A stretch of DNA of 64,000 nucleotides from Malacoraja senta (taxonomy: Eukaryota): contig CM075991.1 in NCBI GenBank assembly GCA_038087875.1, positions 5,270,001 through 5,334,000 on the forward strand, written 5' to 3'. The number at the start of each line of letters is the position of its first letter. Position 1 is the first letter of the stretch. Positions 24,492 to 37,757 of this stretch are shown in pieces. The position numbers and the translations under genes were made by a program. The notes beneath the pieces are model-generated. The model saw only the letters and a list, made by a program, of their open reading frames with translations, was not told where the DNA came from and did not search any database.

Positions 24492-24770
24492 TTAAAGGGT
24501 GCTCTTTTAGAAAGGTGGTGAGGAGGAACTTCTTTAGTCAGAGGGTAGTTAATCTGTGGAACTCATTGCCACAGAGGGCTGTGGAGGCCAAGTCAGTGGA
24601 TATTTTTAAGGCAGAGATAGACAGATTCTTGATTAGAACATGTGTCAAGGGTTACGGGGAGAAGGCAGGAAAATGGGATGAGGAGGCAGAGATCAGCCAT
24701 GATTGAATGGCGGTGTTGACTTGATGGGCCGAATGGCCTAATTCTACTCCGATAACTTGTGAGCTTGTGA
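24492..24770 (+). mobile_element. CR1 3' fragment (5' part at about 23130-23196, split by the Rex1 insertion)
   Basis: GGTCATAGCCTCAGAATTAA|...|TTAAAGGGTGCTCTTTTAGAAAGG rejoins to the CR1 consensus. Confidence 0.85.
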
Positions 24771-27700
24771 ACCTGAGGGGCAACTTTTCCACTCAGAGGG
24801 TGGTGGGTGTATGGAAGGGGCTGCCAGAGGGGGTAGTTGAGGCAGGTGTGGAGTGGCGATTTAAAACAAATCACCACAGCATTGGGCTCTGCAGGTCACG
24901 GAACTCAATGGCAGAGAACAGAATGGTCAGCTTGGCCAGGCCCAGCACCAAACTGACAAAGTCATACCCCAATCGACCCCCACCCCCCCCCCCCCCACCT
25001 CTGAAGAAGTGTAGAAACAAGGAACTGCAGATGCAGGTTTACCAAAAAAAAGAGGCAAAGTGCTGGAATAGTTTAGCTTAGTATATTGTCACCTGAACTG
25101 AGGTACAGTGAAAAGCTTTTGTTGCATGCTAACCAGTCAGTGGAAGGACATGACACAATTACAATTGAGCCATTCACAGTGTATAGGTACACGATAAAGG
25201 GAATAACATGAAGGACATTAGTGCAAGATAAAGTCAGTAAAGTCTGATAAAAGATAGTCCGAGGGCTGCAATGAGGTAGGTAGAAGTTCAGGACTGCTCT
25301 CGCATTGTGGTAGGATGGTTCAGTTGCCTGTATCTCACTAACTCTGTGGGTCAGGCAGCATCTCTGGAGAATGTGGATACATGGCGTCTCGGGTCAAACT
25401 GTGTCACAATTCTTAAACTGTGGCCCCTGGTTTTGGGGGAGTCCAGAACTAGGGGCCACAGTTTAAGAAAAAGGGGTAATGCATTTAGATGAGGAAACAC
25501 TTTTTCACACAGAGAGTTGTGAGTCTGTGGAATTCTCTGCCTCAGAGGGCAGTGGATACTTTCAAGAGGGAGCTTGATAGGGCTCTTGATGACAGCAGAA
25601 TCTGGAGATATGGGGAGAAGGCAGGAACGGGGTACTGATTGGGGATGATCAGCCACGATCACATTGAATGGCGGTGCTGGCTCGAAGGGCCGAATGGCCT
25701 ACTCCTGCACCTATTGTCTATTGTCTATTGGGTCGGGTCCCTTCGTCAGACAGGTGGTCCCTCGGAATGAGCTTCTCCCCTTTTACTGTCAGCGATCTCC
25801 CACTTCATCTTAACCAGCAGCAATTCAGAGAGTGTGTAAAGATAGAGTTACTGGGAGTGTTGTAATAACCAGGCTGCCTCGTTCCCTACTAGAGATTAGA
25901 AGCGATCCTGCCAGGCACTCGCTCTTTGTGTGACTTCTCTCGCTGGGGATTTCAATCAGACAATGAAATGCAGATTAGGACCAGCTATTTGCAAAATGCT
26001 TGAATCTATGAGCCGCCTTGCACAGTTTCATTTTACAACCATTTAATTTTTGCACTCTTTTTATTTTAAAGGACAATATTTTAAAGGACACATACAAGTA
26101 CAATATTATTGTACAATACGAAAAGTTTTATTTTTCATACTATCCAAACAAATCAGATATAACATACAGAGATACAATGTTCAAATTCAAGTACAGTAGA
26201 TAGAGCACAGGGAATGCACAACATAGTTCTCAGCATTGTAGCACAGTTCCAGAGACAAAGTCTAATATCCTCAAAGGTAAATCGGACAGTACCCCAGCTT
26301 ATGGAAGGGCCGTTTAGAAGCTTGATAACAGAGGGGAAGAAGCTGTTCCTGAGTCTGGTGGTGCCGGAAGGTTCAAGCTTTCTGAACCTTCTGCTGGATG
26401 GGGGCAGAGAGAAGAAGGAATGACCACCCTGTATTAAGCACCTTGGGAAGGTTTGTTCTGTTGGCATTATAAATAAATCTAACTCGCTGCTCTGGGGATC
26501 AGTGACTATTGGCATTGACGTCCAGTCATATGTAGAGACTGTGAGGCCCAAACTGTGGAAGTTTCTCTCCTCATTCAAGCTGCCTCTTTGACCGAGCTCC
26601 CTGTGCGTGCAGCGTAGCGTTTGCCCACAGTCCCGTCAAGTGGTTTGTTGCTGTTGCTATTGGAGTGTTCAGTCAGAGAGGGGATGTGTAGCGGATTTTG
26701 TAACAGCAGCAATCCATCAGCCTGGTAACTCCATCCTTGTGTGAATGTGATGCAGGGCATGAGGAACAGGTGCATGGCACACTGCCACCACACTCACACA
26801 GTCCTTACTTGCGAATAGAACATAGAACAGGACAGCACAAAAGCAAGCCCTTCAGCCCACAATGTCTGTGTCGAACATGACGCCGAGATCATCTTTTATC
26901 TCCTCCACCTAATCGATATCCTTCTATTCCCTGCCTATCAATGTGCCCATCCAAAAACCTCTTAAATGCCACTTTCGCAACCAGTCTCTACCCACTAGGG
27001 GCAATTTTACTGAGGCCAATTAACCTACAAACCCGCACGTCTCTGAGATTAGTTTGGTTTACAGATACAGCACGGAAACAGGCCCTTTGCCACCGGGTCC
27101 GTGCCGACCAGCACACTAGCCCTATCCCACACACACTAGGGACAATTTACAATTTTAATAAGCCAATCAACCTAGAAAGCGGAGTACGTGCTGGCTCGAA
27201 GGGCCAAATGGCCTATTCCTGCAAAGGATTTTCCATGTTTCTATGTTTCTTTGCCCAACTGAGTGCACCCAATCATCGATCACACCAGTTCTGCTATCCC
27301 ACCTTTCATCCACTCCACATTTACGGAAGTCAATTAACCTACAAACCCACTCATCTTTGGGATGTGAGAGGAAACCGGAGCACCCACAGAAAATCACACG
27401 GTCACAGGAGAATGTGCAAACTCCACACTAATCTGATAGATCTGATGGTACTTATCGACCTAACGTGTTTCTCTTCCACATACGCTGCCTGAACTGCTGA
27501 GTATTTCCAATGTTCTGGTTCTATTTGCAACAGATCTTTGTTGCATTAGGGTTTGGACGGATATATGTCAAGTTTATTTATTGCCACATGCACAGGTACG
27601 ATGAGGTACAAAAATTGTTTTGCTTGCAGCAACATCACAGGCACAAGGACCCAGACCACACATAAAAAACATAAACTGTACATAAATGACACAGAAAATT

Positions 27701-28011
27701 CTGCAAAACCAAAAAAAAAGAAAAAAAGACCATACAAAAAGACAAGACCTTCTTCCTATCGAGTCCACATGCAAGATTAGAAGTTTTCAGCCAGAGCTGA
27801 CACACTTCTCGGCATCTGCATACAATGCCGTCTTGTCATTTCTTGTGCTTCTTGTGCATGATGGTGGAAAGATTGGTGGAAACAGGGCCGCGATGTGAAC
27901 TCTCTTTCCTTGACCCCAAGACCTTAGTGCAAAACATAATTAGCAAATAAAACAAGACCTTGGTAATGCAAGAGATGACTGCAGTGTTGAAGTAGGATTA
28001 GGGATGTACAG

Positions 28012-28225
28012 GAGGTACACAAAAATGCTGGAGAAACTCAGCGGGTGCAGCAACATCTATGGAGCGAAGGAAATAGGCAACGTTTCGGGCCGAAACCCTT
28101 CTTCAGACTGATAGGGGGTGGGGAGAAGAAAGGAAAAAGGAAAAAGGCGGAGGAGGAGCCCGAGGGCTGGGGGAGGGGAGGAGACAACCAGACGGCTGAT
28201 GAAGGGGAGGGGACAGCAAGGGCTA
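28012..28225 (-). mobile_element. Penelope-like 3' terminal fragment (young family)
   Basis: Very similar to 52790-52985, including the hammerhead-like core and the purine-rich spacer. Confidence 0.8.
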
Positions 28226-28589
28226 GCAGAATTGGGAGAATGTACAGGTTGGGTCAAGAACCTGATAGTTGTAGGAAAGTACAACTGTTCTTGAACCTGT
28301 GTTGTGGGACCAGGTTTCTGTACCTCCTGCCAGATGGTAGCAGTGAGATGCGGGCATGGACCAGGGTGATGGGATCCTTGATGATGGATACCACCTTCTT
28401 GAGGTAGCATCTCATGTGGATGCTTGTGATGGTGGTGAGCGTAGCGTCCGTGATGGACCTGGCTAAGTCCATCACTCTCTGCAGCCCCTAGCAATGCTGC
28501 ACGTTGGAATTGCCGTATCAGGCCATGACACAACCTGTCAGGAAACTTTCTACTGTGCTTCCTGAGGGAGAGTTATTAGGGTGCTCATA

Positions 28590-29060
28590 GGCTCATGTTC
28601 ATAATTGATAGGAGCAGAATTAGGCCATTCCACCCAACAAGTCTACTCCGCCATTCAATCATGGCTGATCTATCTCTCCCTCCTAACCCCATTCTCCTGC
28701 CTTCTCCCCATAACCCCTGACACCCATACTAATCAAGATTACATCTCTGCCTTAAAAATATTTACTGACTTGACCTCCACAGCCTTCTGTGGCAATGAAT
28801 TCCATATATTCACCACCCTCTGACTAAAGAAATTCCTCCTCATCTTCCTAAAGGAACGTCCTTTAATTCTGAGGCTATGACCTCTGGTCCTGGACTCTCC
28901 CACTCGTGGAAACATCCTCTCCACATCTACTCTATCCAGGCCTTTCACTATTCAGTGTTACAATGAGATCCCCCCCCTCACTGATCCTTCTAAACTCCAG
29001 CAAGCAGTGGCCCAGTGCTGTCAAACGCTCATCATATGATAACCCACTCAGTGCTGAATA
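28590..29060 (-). mobile_element. CR1 3' fragment
   Basis: MKGLDRVDVERMFPRVGESRTRGHSLRIKGR...[11 protein letters not shown]. Confidence 0.88.
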
Positions 29061-30150
29061 ACTGAATGGGAGGAGGGACTGAAAGGGCTTCCTATTCCCA
29101 CGAGGTGGGGCTCAATGGGCTGAATGGCCAACCACTGCTTCAGTGCAGAAGTGGCGACTCTGCGACAGGGCTCTTCCCCTCTGACAAGGACCATTACAAC
29201 TAAGTAATGTGGACTGCAACAGGACTTCTGCTGTGTTGATAGAGGAGGTAGGCCCAAGGCATCAAAGGGCTTACATTTGGGTAGCACCCAGCTACAAATA
29301 TGTTCAGTGAGTCAGATAATTGATTTGCTGCCTTTAGATTTCACACCGATGAATGCCCGGTGGATGTTTTTTAAGCTGCAGATTGCAGTCTATAACTTTA
29401 AGTTCAAAGGGACCAAGTGCTTCGTAAATAGGAGTGAACTATGGGAGAAGCTTGTAAACCTTTACAGTACATTACTCAAGTAGGAGCTAAGGTGGAATGT
29501 GTCGGCTTTGTGTGTTTAAGTGTTCGGTGTCTCATCTTTAAAACTCACACGGATTAGAGCTAATTTACCCAAAGTCAGACCATGGACTTTGAAGATTTAA
29601 TTTTAACATGTTTAGAGAATTGCCTCCCTTCTCATTCTACAGTTACTTTCTAGATTATAAAATCCCAAACAACAGGCCCTTACGAAAGGGATGGGTGGGG
29701 GAGGGTGGGGGTGGGGGTGGGGGTGGGGGTAACATCACCAACTTTTGTGTGGTGTCTTTTAATGGGGCACGGTCGCGCAGGGGTAGAGTTGCAGCCTCAC
29801 AGCACCAGAGACCCCGGTTCGATCCTGACTACCGGTACTTGTCTGTACGGAGTTTGTACGTTCTCCCCGTGACCTGCGTGGGTTTTCTCCGGAATCTTCA
29901 GCTTCCTCCCAAAGATGCACAAGTTTGTAGGTTAATTGACTCGGTATAATTGTAAATTGTCCCTAGTGTGTGTGCAGGATAGTGTTAGTGTGCGGGGATC
30001 GCTGGTTGGCGCAGACTTCTGTATCTCTAAATTAAAATAAGTATACTGAGAAACAATACACCCTTTAAAAAATTGCAAATAACGCGCCAAATTGGGAATA
30101 TTGAAATATTAAGTGTTTATTAATTAATTATTAATAAGATTTATAAAGTG

Positions 30151-30217
<67 letters not shown>

Positions 30218-30248
30218 CAAATTAAATAATCAGACCACTTCATCAGTG

Positions 30249-30448
30249 NNNNNNNNNNNNNNNNNNNNNNNNNNNNNNNNNNNNNNNNNNNNNNNNNNNN
30301 NNNNNNNNNNNNNNNNNNNNNNNNNNNNNNNNNNNNNNNNNNNNNNNNNNNNNNNNNNNNNNNNNNNNNNNNNNNNNNNNNNNNNNNNNNNNNNNNNNNN
30401 NNNNNNNNNNNNNNNNNNNNNNNNNNNNNNNNNNNNNNNNNNNNNNNN
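30249..30448. other. Assembly gap (200 N)
   Basis: Run of N. Confidence 1.
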
Positions 30449-31640
30449 TTCTAAACTCCAGCAAGCAGTGGCCCAGTGCTGTCAAACGCTCATCATATGT
30501 TAACCCACTCAGTGCTGAATAACTGAATGGGGAGGAGAGACTGAAAGGCCTTCCTATTCCCACGAGGTGGGCTCAATGGGCTGAATGGCCAACCACTGCT
30601 TCAGTGCAGAAGTGGCGACTCTGCGACAGGGCGCACCCCCTCACCTGTCAAAGGCTCTTCCCCTCTGACAAGGACCATTACAACTAAGTAATGTGGACTG
30701 CAACAGGACTTCTGCCTGTGTTGATAGAGGAGGTAGGCCCAAGGCATCAAAGGGCTTACATTTGGGTAGCACCCAGCTACAAATATGTTCAGTGAGTCAG
30801 ATAATTGATTTGCTGCCTTTAGATTTCACACCGATGAATGCCTGGTGGATGTTTTTTAAGCTGCAGATTGCAGTCTATAACTTTAAGTTCAAAGGGACCA
30901 AGTGCTTCGTAAATAGGAGTGAGCTATGGGAGAAGCTTGTAAACCTTTACAGTACATTACTCAAGTAGGAGCTAAGGTGGAATGTGTCGGCTTTGTGTGT
31001 TTAAGTGTTCGGTGTCTCATCTTTAAAACTCACACGGATTAGAGCTAATTTACCCAAAGTCAGACCATGGACTTTGAAGATTTAATTTTAACATGTTTAG
31101 AGAATTGCCTCCCTTCTCATTCTACAGTTACTTTCTAGATTATAAAATCCCAAACAACAGGCCCTTACGAAAGGGATGGGGTGGGGGAGGGTGGGGGTGG
31201 GGGTGGGGGTGGGGGTAACATCACCAACTTTTGTGTGGTGTCTTTTAATGGGGCACGGTCGCGCAGGGGTAGAGTTGCAGCCTCACAGCACCAGAGACCC
31301 CGGTTCGATCCTGACTACCGGTACTTGTCTGTACGGAGTTTGTACGTTCTCCCCGTGACCTGCGTGGGTTTTCTCCGGAATCTTCAGCTTCCTCCCAAAG
31401 ATGCACAAGTTTGTAGGTTAATTGACTCGGTATAATTGTAAATTGTCCCTAGTGTGTGTGCAGGATAGTGTTAGTGTGCGGGGATCGCTGGTTGGCGCAG
31501 ACTTCTGTATCTCTAAATTAAAATAAGTATACTGAGAAACAATACACCCTTTAAAAAAATTGCAAATAACGCACCAAATTGGGAACAATATTGAAATATT
31601 AAGTGTTTATTAATTAATTAATTAATAAGTTTATAAAGTG

Positions 31641-31642
<2 letters not shown>

Positions 31643-31704
<62 letters not shown>
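31643..31704. repeat. (ATT)n microsatellite (second copy at about 30152-30214)
   Basis: About 20 perfect TTA units. Confidence 0.95.
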
Positions 31705-31707
<3 letters not shown>

Positions 31708-33469
31708 CAAATTAAATAATCAGACCACTTCATCAGTGGCTTGGACTGACTAACAGCCTATACAGCAAAGGCAGTGTTTAGTTTAGTTAACTCTACCAGC
31801 TGCTCTGATGTGCCTCCCTTCTTATACTTGTGTTTTGTACAAGAAAACAAGCCCGTCTATCCACTCACAAAACCATCCATGTTTGGTGAATGGTGAAAGC
31901 CACAACAGCCTCTCATGCAAAACCTCTCATGTCTTTCAATCTCTTAATCAACATGATTCTTGACCTTCAAGCAGCAGCAATAACTTCTCCTTTGGTTAAT
32001 TTCCTCTCGACACTTCCTGGCAAGACAAACCTCCTCTGCTCAACCCTAGGACGATTATATGTATAATTTATGTCTAATTTATGCTTTTGTGTGCTGTCTG
32101 AGTCGATATGCCTGCGATGCTGCTGGAAGCAGGAATTTCATTGTTCCTCTACCTCACCGGGACTGTACATGTGATAATATATTAGACTTGACTTGATTTT
32201 AAGAATGTATCAGTTATATCTATGTAGCCAGCTTCTATAGATTCAATGCTATGTCAGTGACTGCAGGTACCAGCTGTAATAAGATTTTTTGAAAAAAGCC
32301 TTCATCTTCTTCCTTACTCAGGACAAGGATGTACAGGAGCCAGCGTTACTAAAGGTCAAATAATGGAGACTATTGTTTGGTCAGTTTCAATTTACTAAGC
32401 AGAGACATTTTCTGTGGTGTGGGGGATGAGCACCTTTTGGCTTGAGGTTTGGATGGGGGGGTGGGGGAGGGGTAGGGGTAAGAGGCAGAGGTGGGGGGAG
32501 GGGCGTAGTCGAATGCAGTTCTGAATCCAAGGATTTAATCACAGATAGAAGCAGAGTTGCCGGTGCAAAAGAAAGAACAATGTTTTTTTAATGAGTAACG
32601 CAATTGTCAACCTTTGTATGGCCGATGTTCCCCAGAGTGAACGGAGGCCCCAGTAATCCCCCAGAGGAGATAGCCAGAATGACCAATTCCAGATAAACAG
32701 CTGGACTCACAAAGCTGCCACATAATTATACCCGCGGCTTTAGCCTCTTGCACTTATTTAATAAGAAAACGTCCTTAAAAAAAAAAATCTAACCGCTATA
32801 GGAGAAAATTAATTGGTAATTAAAGGAGAATTACAAAAGCGTTCCCCTCAAGGACTTGGGTGGAGCATTCACTTAACACTCGACATCCTGGATTAACCCT
32901 CCAAACGCCAGACCTCCTTAGAAACACACAAAGCGCTGGAGTAATTCAGCAGGTCAGGCAGTATCTCTGGAGAACATGGATAGGTGATGTTTTGAGATGG
33001 GACCTGTCTTCAGACTGGCAGCTCAAGTTCCTTGATATCAGTTCTCATTACAAGGTCAGCTCTTTCCCAGCTTTCTCCCCCCTCTGCTCCTCCCAGTCTG
33101 AAGAAGGGTTCCCTGAGCCGAAATGCCGTCTTGGTCCACCGATGTTGCCTGACCCGCTGAGTTGCTCCAGCACTTTGGGTTCTGCCCTTTGATCGAGAGC
33201 TCTTTGATCTGCCCTTCCGAACATCACGGCCACTATTTATTAATGGCTGTGGTTTGCTTTTCCGCATTGAAGTTTTGAACTGAAAATCTTGGTTATTCTT
33301 GGGGATGTGGACAATGTAGGCAAGGTCACTATTTGCTGTGGTCATTATTTACTCAGTCTGAGACTCTTTGAACTGTTGGCCAGGCGATTAATGCAACCCA
33401 GAGGAGATGCTGTACACTGGCGGGCAAAATACAAACTGCTGATAACACTCGACAGGCCCCAGCAGCTTC

Positions 33470-34595
33470 TTTAGCTTAGAGACACAGCGCGGAAACAGGC
33501 CCTTCGGCCCACCGAGTCTGTGCCGACCAGCAATCCCCGCACACCAACACTACCCTACACACACTAGGGACAATTTACATTTATACCAAACCAATTAACC
33601 TATAAACCTGTACGTCTTTGGAGTGTGGGAGGAAACCGAAGATCTCGGAGAAAACCCACGCAAGTCACAAAGAAGAACGTACAAACTCCGTACAGACAGC
33701 ACATGTAGTCGGGATCGAACCCGGGTCTCCTGGCTCTGCAAGCGCTGTAAGGCAGCAACTCTACCGCTGCGCCACTGTGACGGTGCAATTCTACCATTGC
33801 TACATACCATTATTGAACTTAAAATTAAACAACGGTGAAACTTAGTGGACCCTGGGGAGAACGTACAAACTCCGTTCGGTCAAACACCCCTAGTCCGGAT
33901 CGAACCCGGGTCTCTGGCGCTGGAAGGCAGCTTCTGAGGAAAGAGAAAACTATTTTTTGTTATAGGAGATGTGCATTGTTGGTTTTCATTAGGGCAGCAC
34001 AGTGGTGCAGCGGTAGTAACTGCTTTACAGCGCCAGAGACCCGAGTTCGTTCCTGACTGCAGGTGCTGTCTGTATGGAGTTTGCACGTTCTCCCTGTGTT
34101 TTCTCTGGGTGCTCTGCTTTCATCCCATATTCTAAAGACGTGCGGGTTTGTAGGTTAATTGGCTTCGGTAAAAAAATTGTCCCTAATGTGTAGGATAGAA
34201 TTCGGTGATTGATGGTCGACATGGACTTGGTGGGCCAAAGGGCCTGTGTCCACACTGTATCTCTAAAACTGAAAACAAGACATCAATGGCAATGAGCTGC
34301 ACAGTGGAACTGCTGCTCACGGTGCCAGGCACCCCAGTTCGATCCTGATCTTGCTGCCTGTGTGGAGTTTGCGCGATCTCCCAGGGACCAAGTGGGTTTT
34401 TGCAATGGGTGCTCCGGTTTCCTCACACATCCCAAAGGTGTGAGTGTTTGTAGGTTAATAGGCCTCTGTAAAATTGGCCCTAGTGTGTAAGAAGTAGGTG
34501 TTAAAGTGGGATAACATAAAGTTAGTGTGAACGATGGTCGGTGTGGAGTCAGTGGGGCGAAGTACTCAATTCCATGCTGCATCGCTAAACTAACC
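33470..34595. mobile_element. Cluster of HE1-type SINEs (minus 33470-33780, minus 33854-33930, plus 33992-34270, plus 34300-34595)
   Basis: SINE consensus motifs in both orientations. Confidence 0.82.
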
Positions 34596-35567
34596 AAACC
34601 TATACTCCCCTCCTCTCCTTTTCACTATCATCAAATCCTTCTCTTTTATCCCTGCTTTGTTCTCCCTGTTTCATGTCAAATGTGCCTCTACCGTTTTCCT
34701 CAATGGCTCCCTGCAGGCTAGGATTGAGCAGTGAGGGTGTGTTGGCTTTGGCAGAATTTGTGGTCCACATGGTTTTTTTTGGTGTGTTGAACTGAAGAAT
34801 GTTCACCTCACCTCTTGGTGGATAGAACTCACATTGTAACTCTGGGATGGACACTAAAAGCTGGAGTAACTCAGCGGGACAGGCAGCATCTCTGGAGAGA
34901 AGGAATGGGTCGAGACACTTCTTCAGACTGGTTAGGGATTAGGGAAACAAGAGATATTGACAATGATGTGGACAGATAAAGAACAATGAATGAAAGATAT
35001 GCAAAAAAAGTAACGATGATAAAGGAAACAGGCCATTGTTAGCTGTTTGTAGGGTGAAAACGAGAAGCTAGTTCGACTTGGGTGGGGGAGGGATAGATAG
35101 AGAGGGAATGCCGGGGCTACCTGAAGTAACGCTGGGGTATCTTCAAGAAGAAGGAGTTGAGGAGGCTGTTTGCATTGACCATCACTGTGGCGAATGGCAG
35201 GAAAGATGATACAACTTTGGAAACTACTGCAATGGGATCTCAATATTGATGGTGTTCAAAATAACAGTGTCCCTCAGCTCCACAGGAAAGATCACTATTC
35301 CTGGATCGAGTCATGAATTGTTGCCTTAGGCACCGGTCCATTGACACCCATGCCACCAGCTGCCTGGGTCCTGGGTCTTCCATCCCTTCAACTTTCTCTA
35401 TTCTTGAAAGCATCCTCTTAAATCAGACTTTTGATAATCTGTCCCAACCAATCCTCTCTGCTCCACATCAAATTCCGATCGATAACTCATCTGTCAATCC
35501 CGCAGCTATTTAATTGTGTTAAACTTGATACAAATTCAATTTCTTTATATTCACAATCGTTTTTTGA

Positions 35568-35876
35568 AAGATACAGCATGGAAACAAACCCTTCGGTCCA
35601 CCGAGTTCACGCCCATCACCCATTCACATGAGTTCTATGTTATTATCCCACTTTCTCATCCACTCTCTGCACATTAGGGGCAATTTACAGAGGCCAATTC
35701 ATTTACAAACCCGCATGTCTTTGGGATGTTAGAGGAAACTGGAGCACCTGGAGTAAACCCACGCGGTCACAGGGAGAACATGCAAGCTCCACACATACAG
35801 CCCTCGAGGACAAGGTCGAACTCTGGTTTCTGGAGCTGTGAGGCAGCAGCTCTACCTGCTGCGGCACTGTGCAGCC
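35568..35876 (-). mobile_element. HE1-type SINE
   Basis: Reverse consensus. Confidence 0.82.
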
Positions 35877-36341
35877 TAAAAATTGATCTAATACTGAATC
35901 AAATAAATGTGATGGCTTTAAAAGAGAATGTCTTCAGCTACAGAAAGAGATTTTCTCACAGGTTTGATGTCGTTTATTGTTGAGGTTTGTTTAGAGATTT
36001 GTGTTTTCAAACCGTTAGACTGACCTCTGCTGGTTACACAGGATTGTGGAAGAGTTTACGAGAGGATTTTTATCCCCACTGAGTTCTTTAATATTCTCTT
36101 GGCTTGAGGCAGGTTATGTTATTGACCTGCTTTTGAAAAGTGGCCAGTTTGATGTTGGGATTTGAGAACGTTGGTTTTGTACAGAGAAAATAGCACCCAG
36201 AGCCAAAGGAAATGTGGGATGTGAGTCGAAACTTCAAGGATGAATGCACACTGACCATTGCTGGAAACCGATGAGAATCCCAGCAGCACGTAACAATTCC
36301 ATTTGCCTCTTGTTTCAGAGTGTTAACCTTGCTCCCATTAG

Positions 36342-37377
36342 TAGGAATATTACAAAATTTTGAGATTTTAAAAATCAAGTCTGTAATTTATCCCATCAGA
36401 TAAAGCATAAAAATGTGACACCTAATTCACTTTCATATCTTCAATATTAAAAGAGTTATGGCCATTTTCATACTCGGAAATTAGCATCTTGTTCCCTATT
36501 GCTTTTCCATTGACTTAACACAAAAGCTGTGATCGAGGACAGTCAAAAGCCCATAACTTTCTTAAAAATTAAGAGAACTGAAAGAAATTTTCAGTTATTA
36601 TAGATTGAAGCATTCTGAAACAAATATGAAACCATCTTACTTAGATGACATGAAATTAAAGCATATAATTAGTTAGTTACCTAATTGTAGCTAATTACAA
36701 AATTCAATTACTAGATCTAAACATCTATCAATTTCTTAAGAATAGATTAACATTTTTTAATAGCCTAAGTGTCCAAATAACATTCACACAAGAATTCACA
36801 ATATAACATAATTTTTAAATCTCATTGTCATGGATTTATAGGCCAAATGGAAGGAATTTAATATTTAATACCTGTAAATTAATGGGTATTTAAATCATCT
36901 TGCGAGTGGGTTTTTCTGGAACGCGATCATTTGGAACGTTGATTTGCGGTGAATTTAACCCCGTATCGGCATGAAAAATACTGCCGTTAGTTCGGGGAAA
37001 AGAATCACCGTTTCGCATTTTAAAATGTGAATTAAAGGCCTCTTAAGAAGCACTTTTATACATAAAATAAACGGCTTTCGTTTACCTGTCCCGTGCGTGA
37101 AATCCGTCCCCGTTGTCGGCGTTGACGGCTTTAGAAGCTGATTTTAAAATAACTCCAGCGCTGAACTTGTCGGGCGAATAAAATTTAAAAATACACAAAA
37201 CGCCCGTCGGAACGATTCTTCAGCAAAAGCTTGCACTCCAACGCAATATAATTCAGGACAAGGTAGGAGAAACCCGCGTTTTAACCCCGCCCCCCCCCCC
37301 TCAAAGGCGCCAAAATCGCGCACACGGCCAGTGGCAGAATTGCAGCGCCACTGAAGGTAAGTATTGTAACATACCTA
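36342..37377. mobile_element. Unclassified non-autonomous DNA transposon, 1036 bp
   Basis: Imperfect TIRs TAGGAATATTACAA / TTGTAACATACCTA; 7-bp direct repeat CCATTAG (36335-36341 / 37378-37384); AT-rich left half, CpG-rich right half; no ORF. Confidence 0.7.
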
Positions 37378-37444
37378 CCATTAGCAGTCATTTGTGTTCT
37401 TGTTAGTGCAGCAGACCAAACAAAATAGACATCGCATTAGATGA

Positions 37445-37757
37445 GGGCGGAACAGTGGCGCAGCGGTAGAGTTGCTGCCTTACAGCGCCCGAGACCCGGG
37501 TTCAATCCTCACCACGGGTGCTGTCTGTTTGGAGTTTGTACGTTCTCCCTGTGATCGCGTGGGTTTCTCCAGACGCTCTGGTTTCCTCCCACATTCCAAA
37601 GACGTACAGGATTATAGGTCGATTGGCTCAGTAAAAATTATAAATTGTCCCTAGTGTGTAGAATAGTGTCAGTGTATGGGGTGAACGCTGGTCAGCACGG
37701 ACTCGGTGGGCCGAAGGGCCTGTTTCTGTTCTGTATCTCTAAAGTCTGAAGTCTAAA
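37445..37757 (+). mobile_element. HE1-type SINE
   Basis: GGCGGAACAGTGGCGCAGCGG head; full length. Confidence 0.88.

Larger units (their letters stand above)
28988..31738 (+). repeat. Direct duplication of about 1.26-1.29 kb on either side of a 200-N gap
   Basis: 28988-30248 and 30449-31738 are nearly identical, and each copy ends exactly at a gap edge. Each includes a SINE and an (ATT)n array. Confidence 0.93.

Noticed and set aside
34930..34945. TTAGGG-like words
   Set aside because: Two imperfect units within a Penelope-derived repeat; not an interstitial telomeric array.
36021..36036. CTCF-like words (also about 1951, 8390, 44173)
   Set aside because: Partial matches are expected by chance; cannot be supported without a PWM scan or ChIP.
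37445..37520. tRNA-like sequence with A/B boxes (many copies)
   Set aside because: SINE heads continuing into SINE bodies, not tRNA genes.
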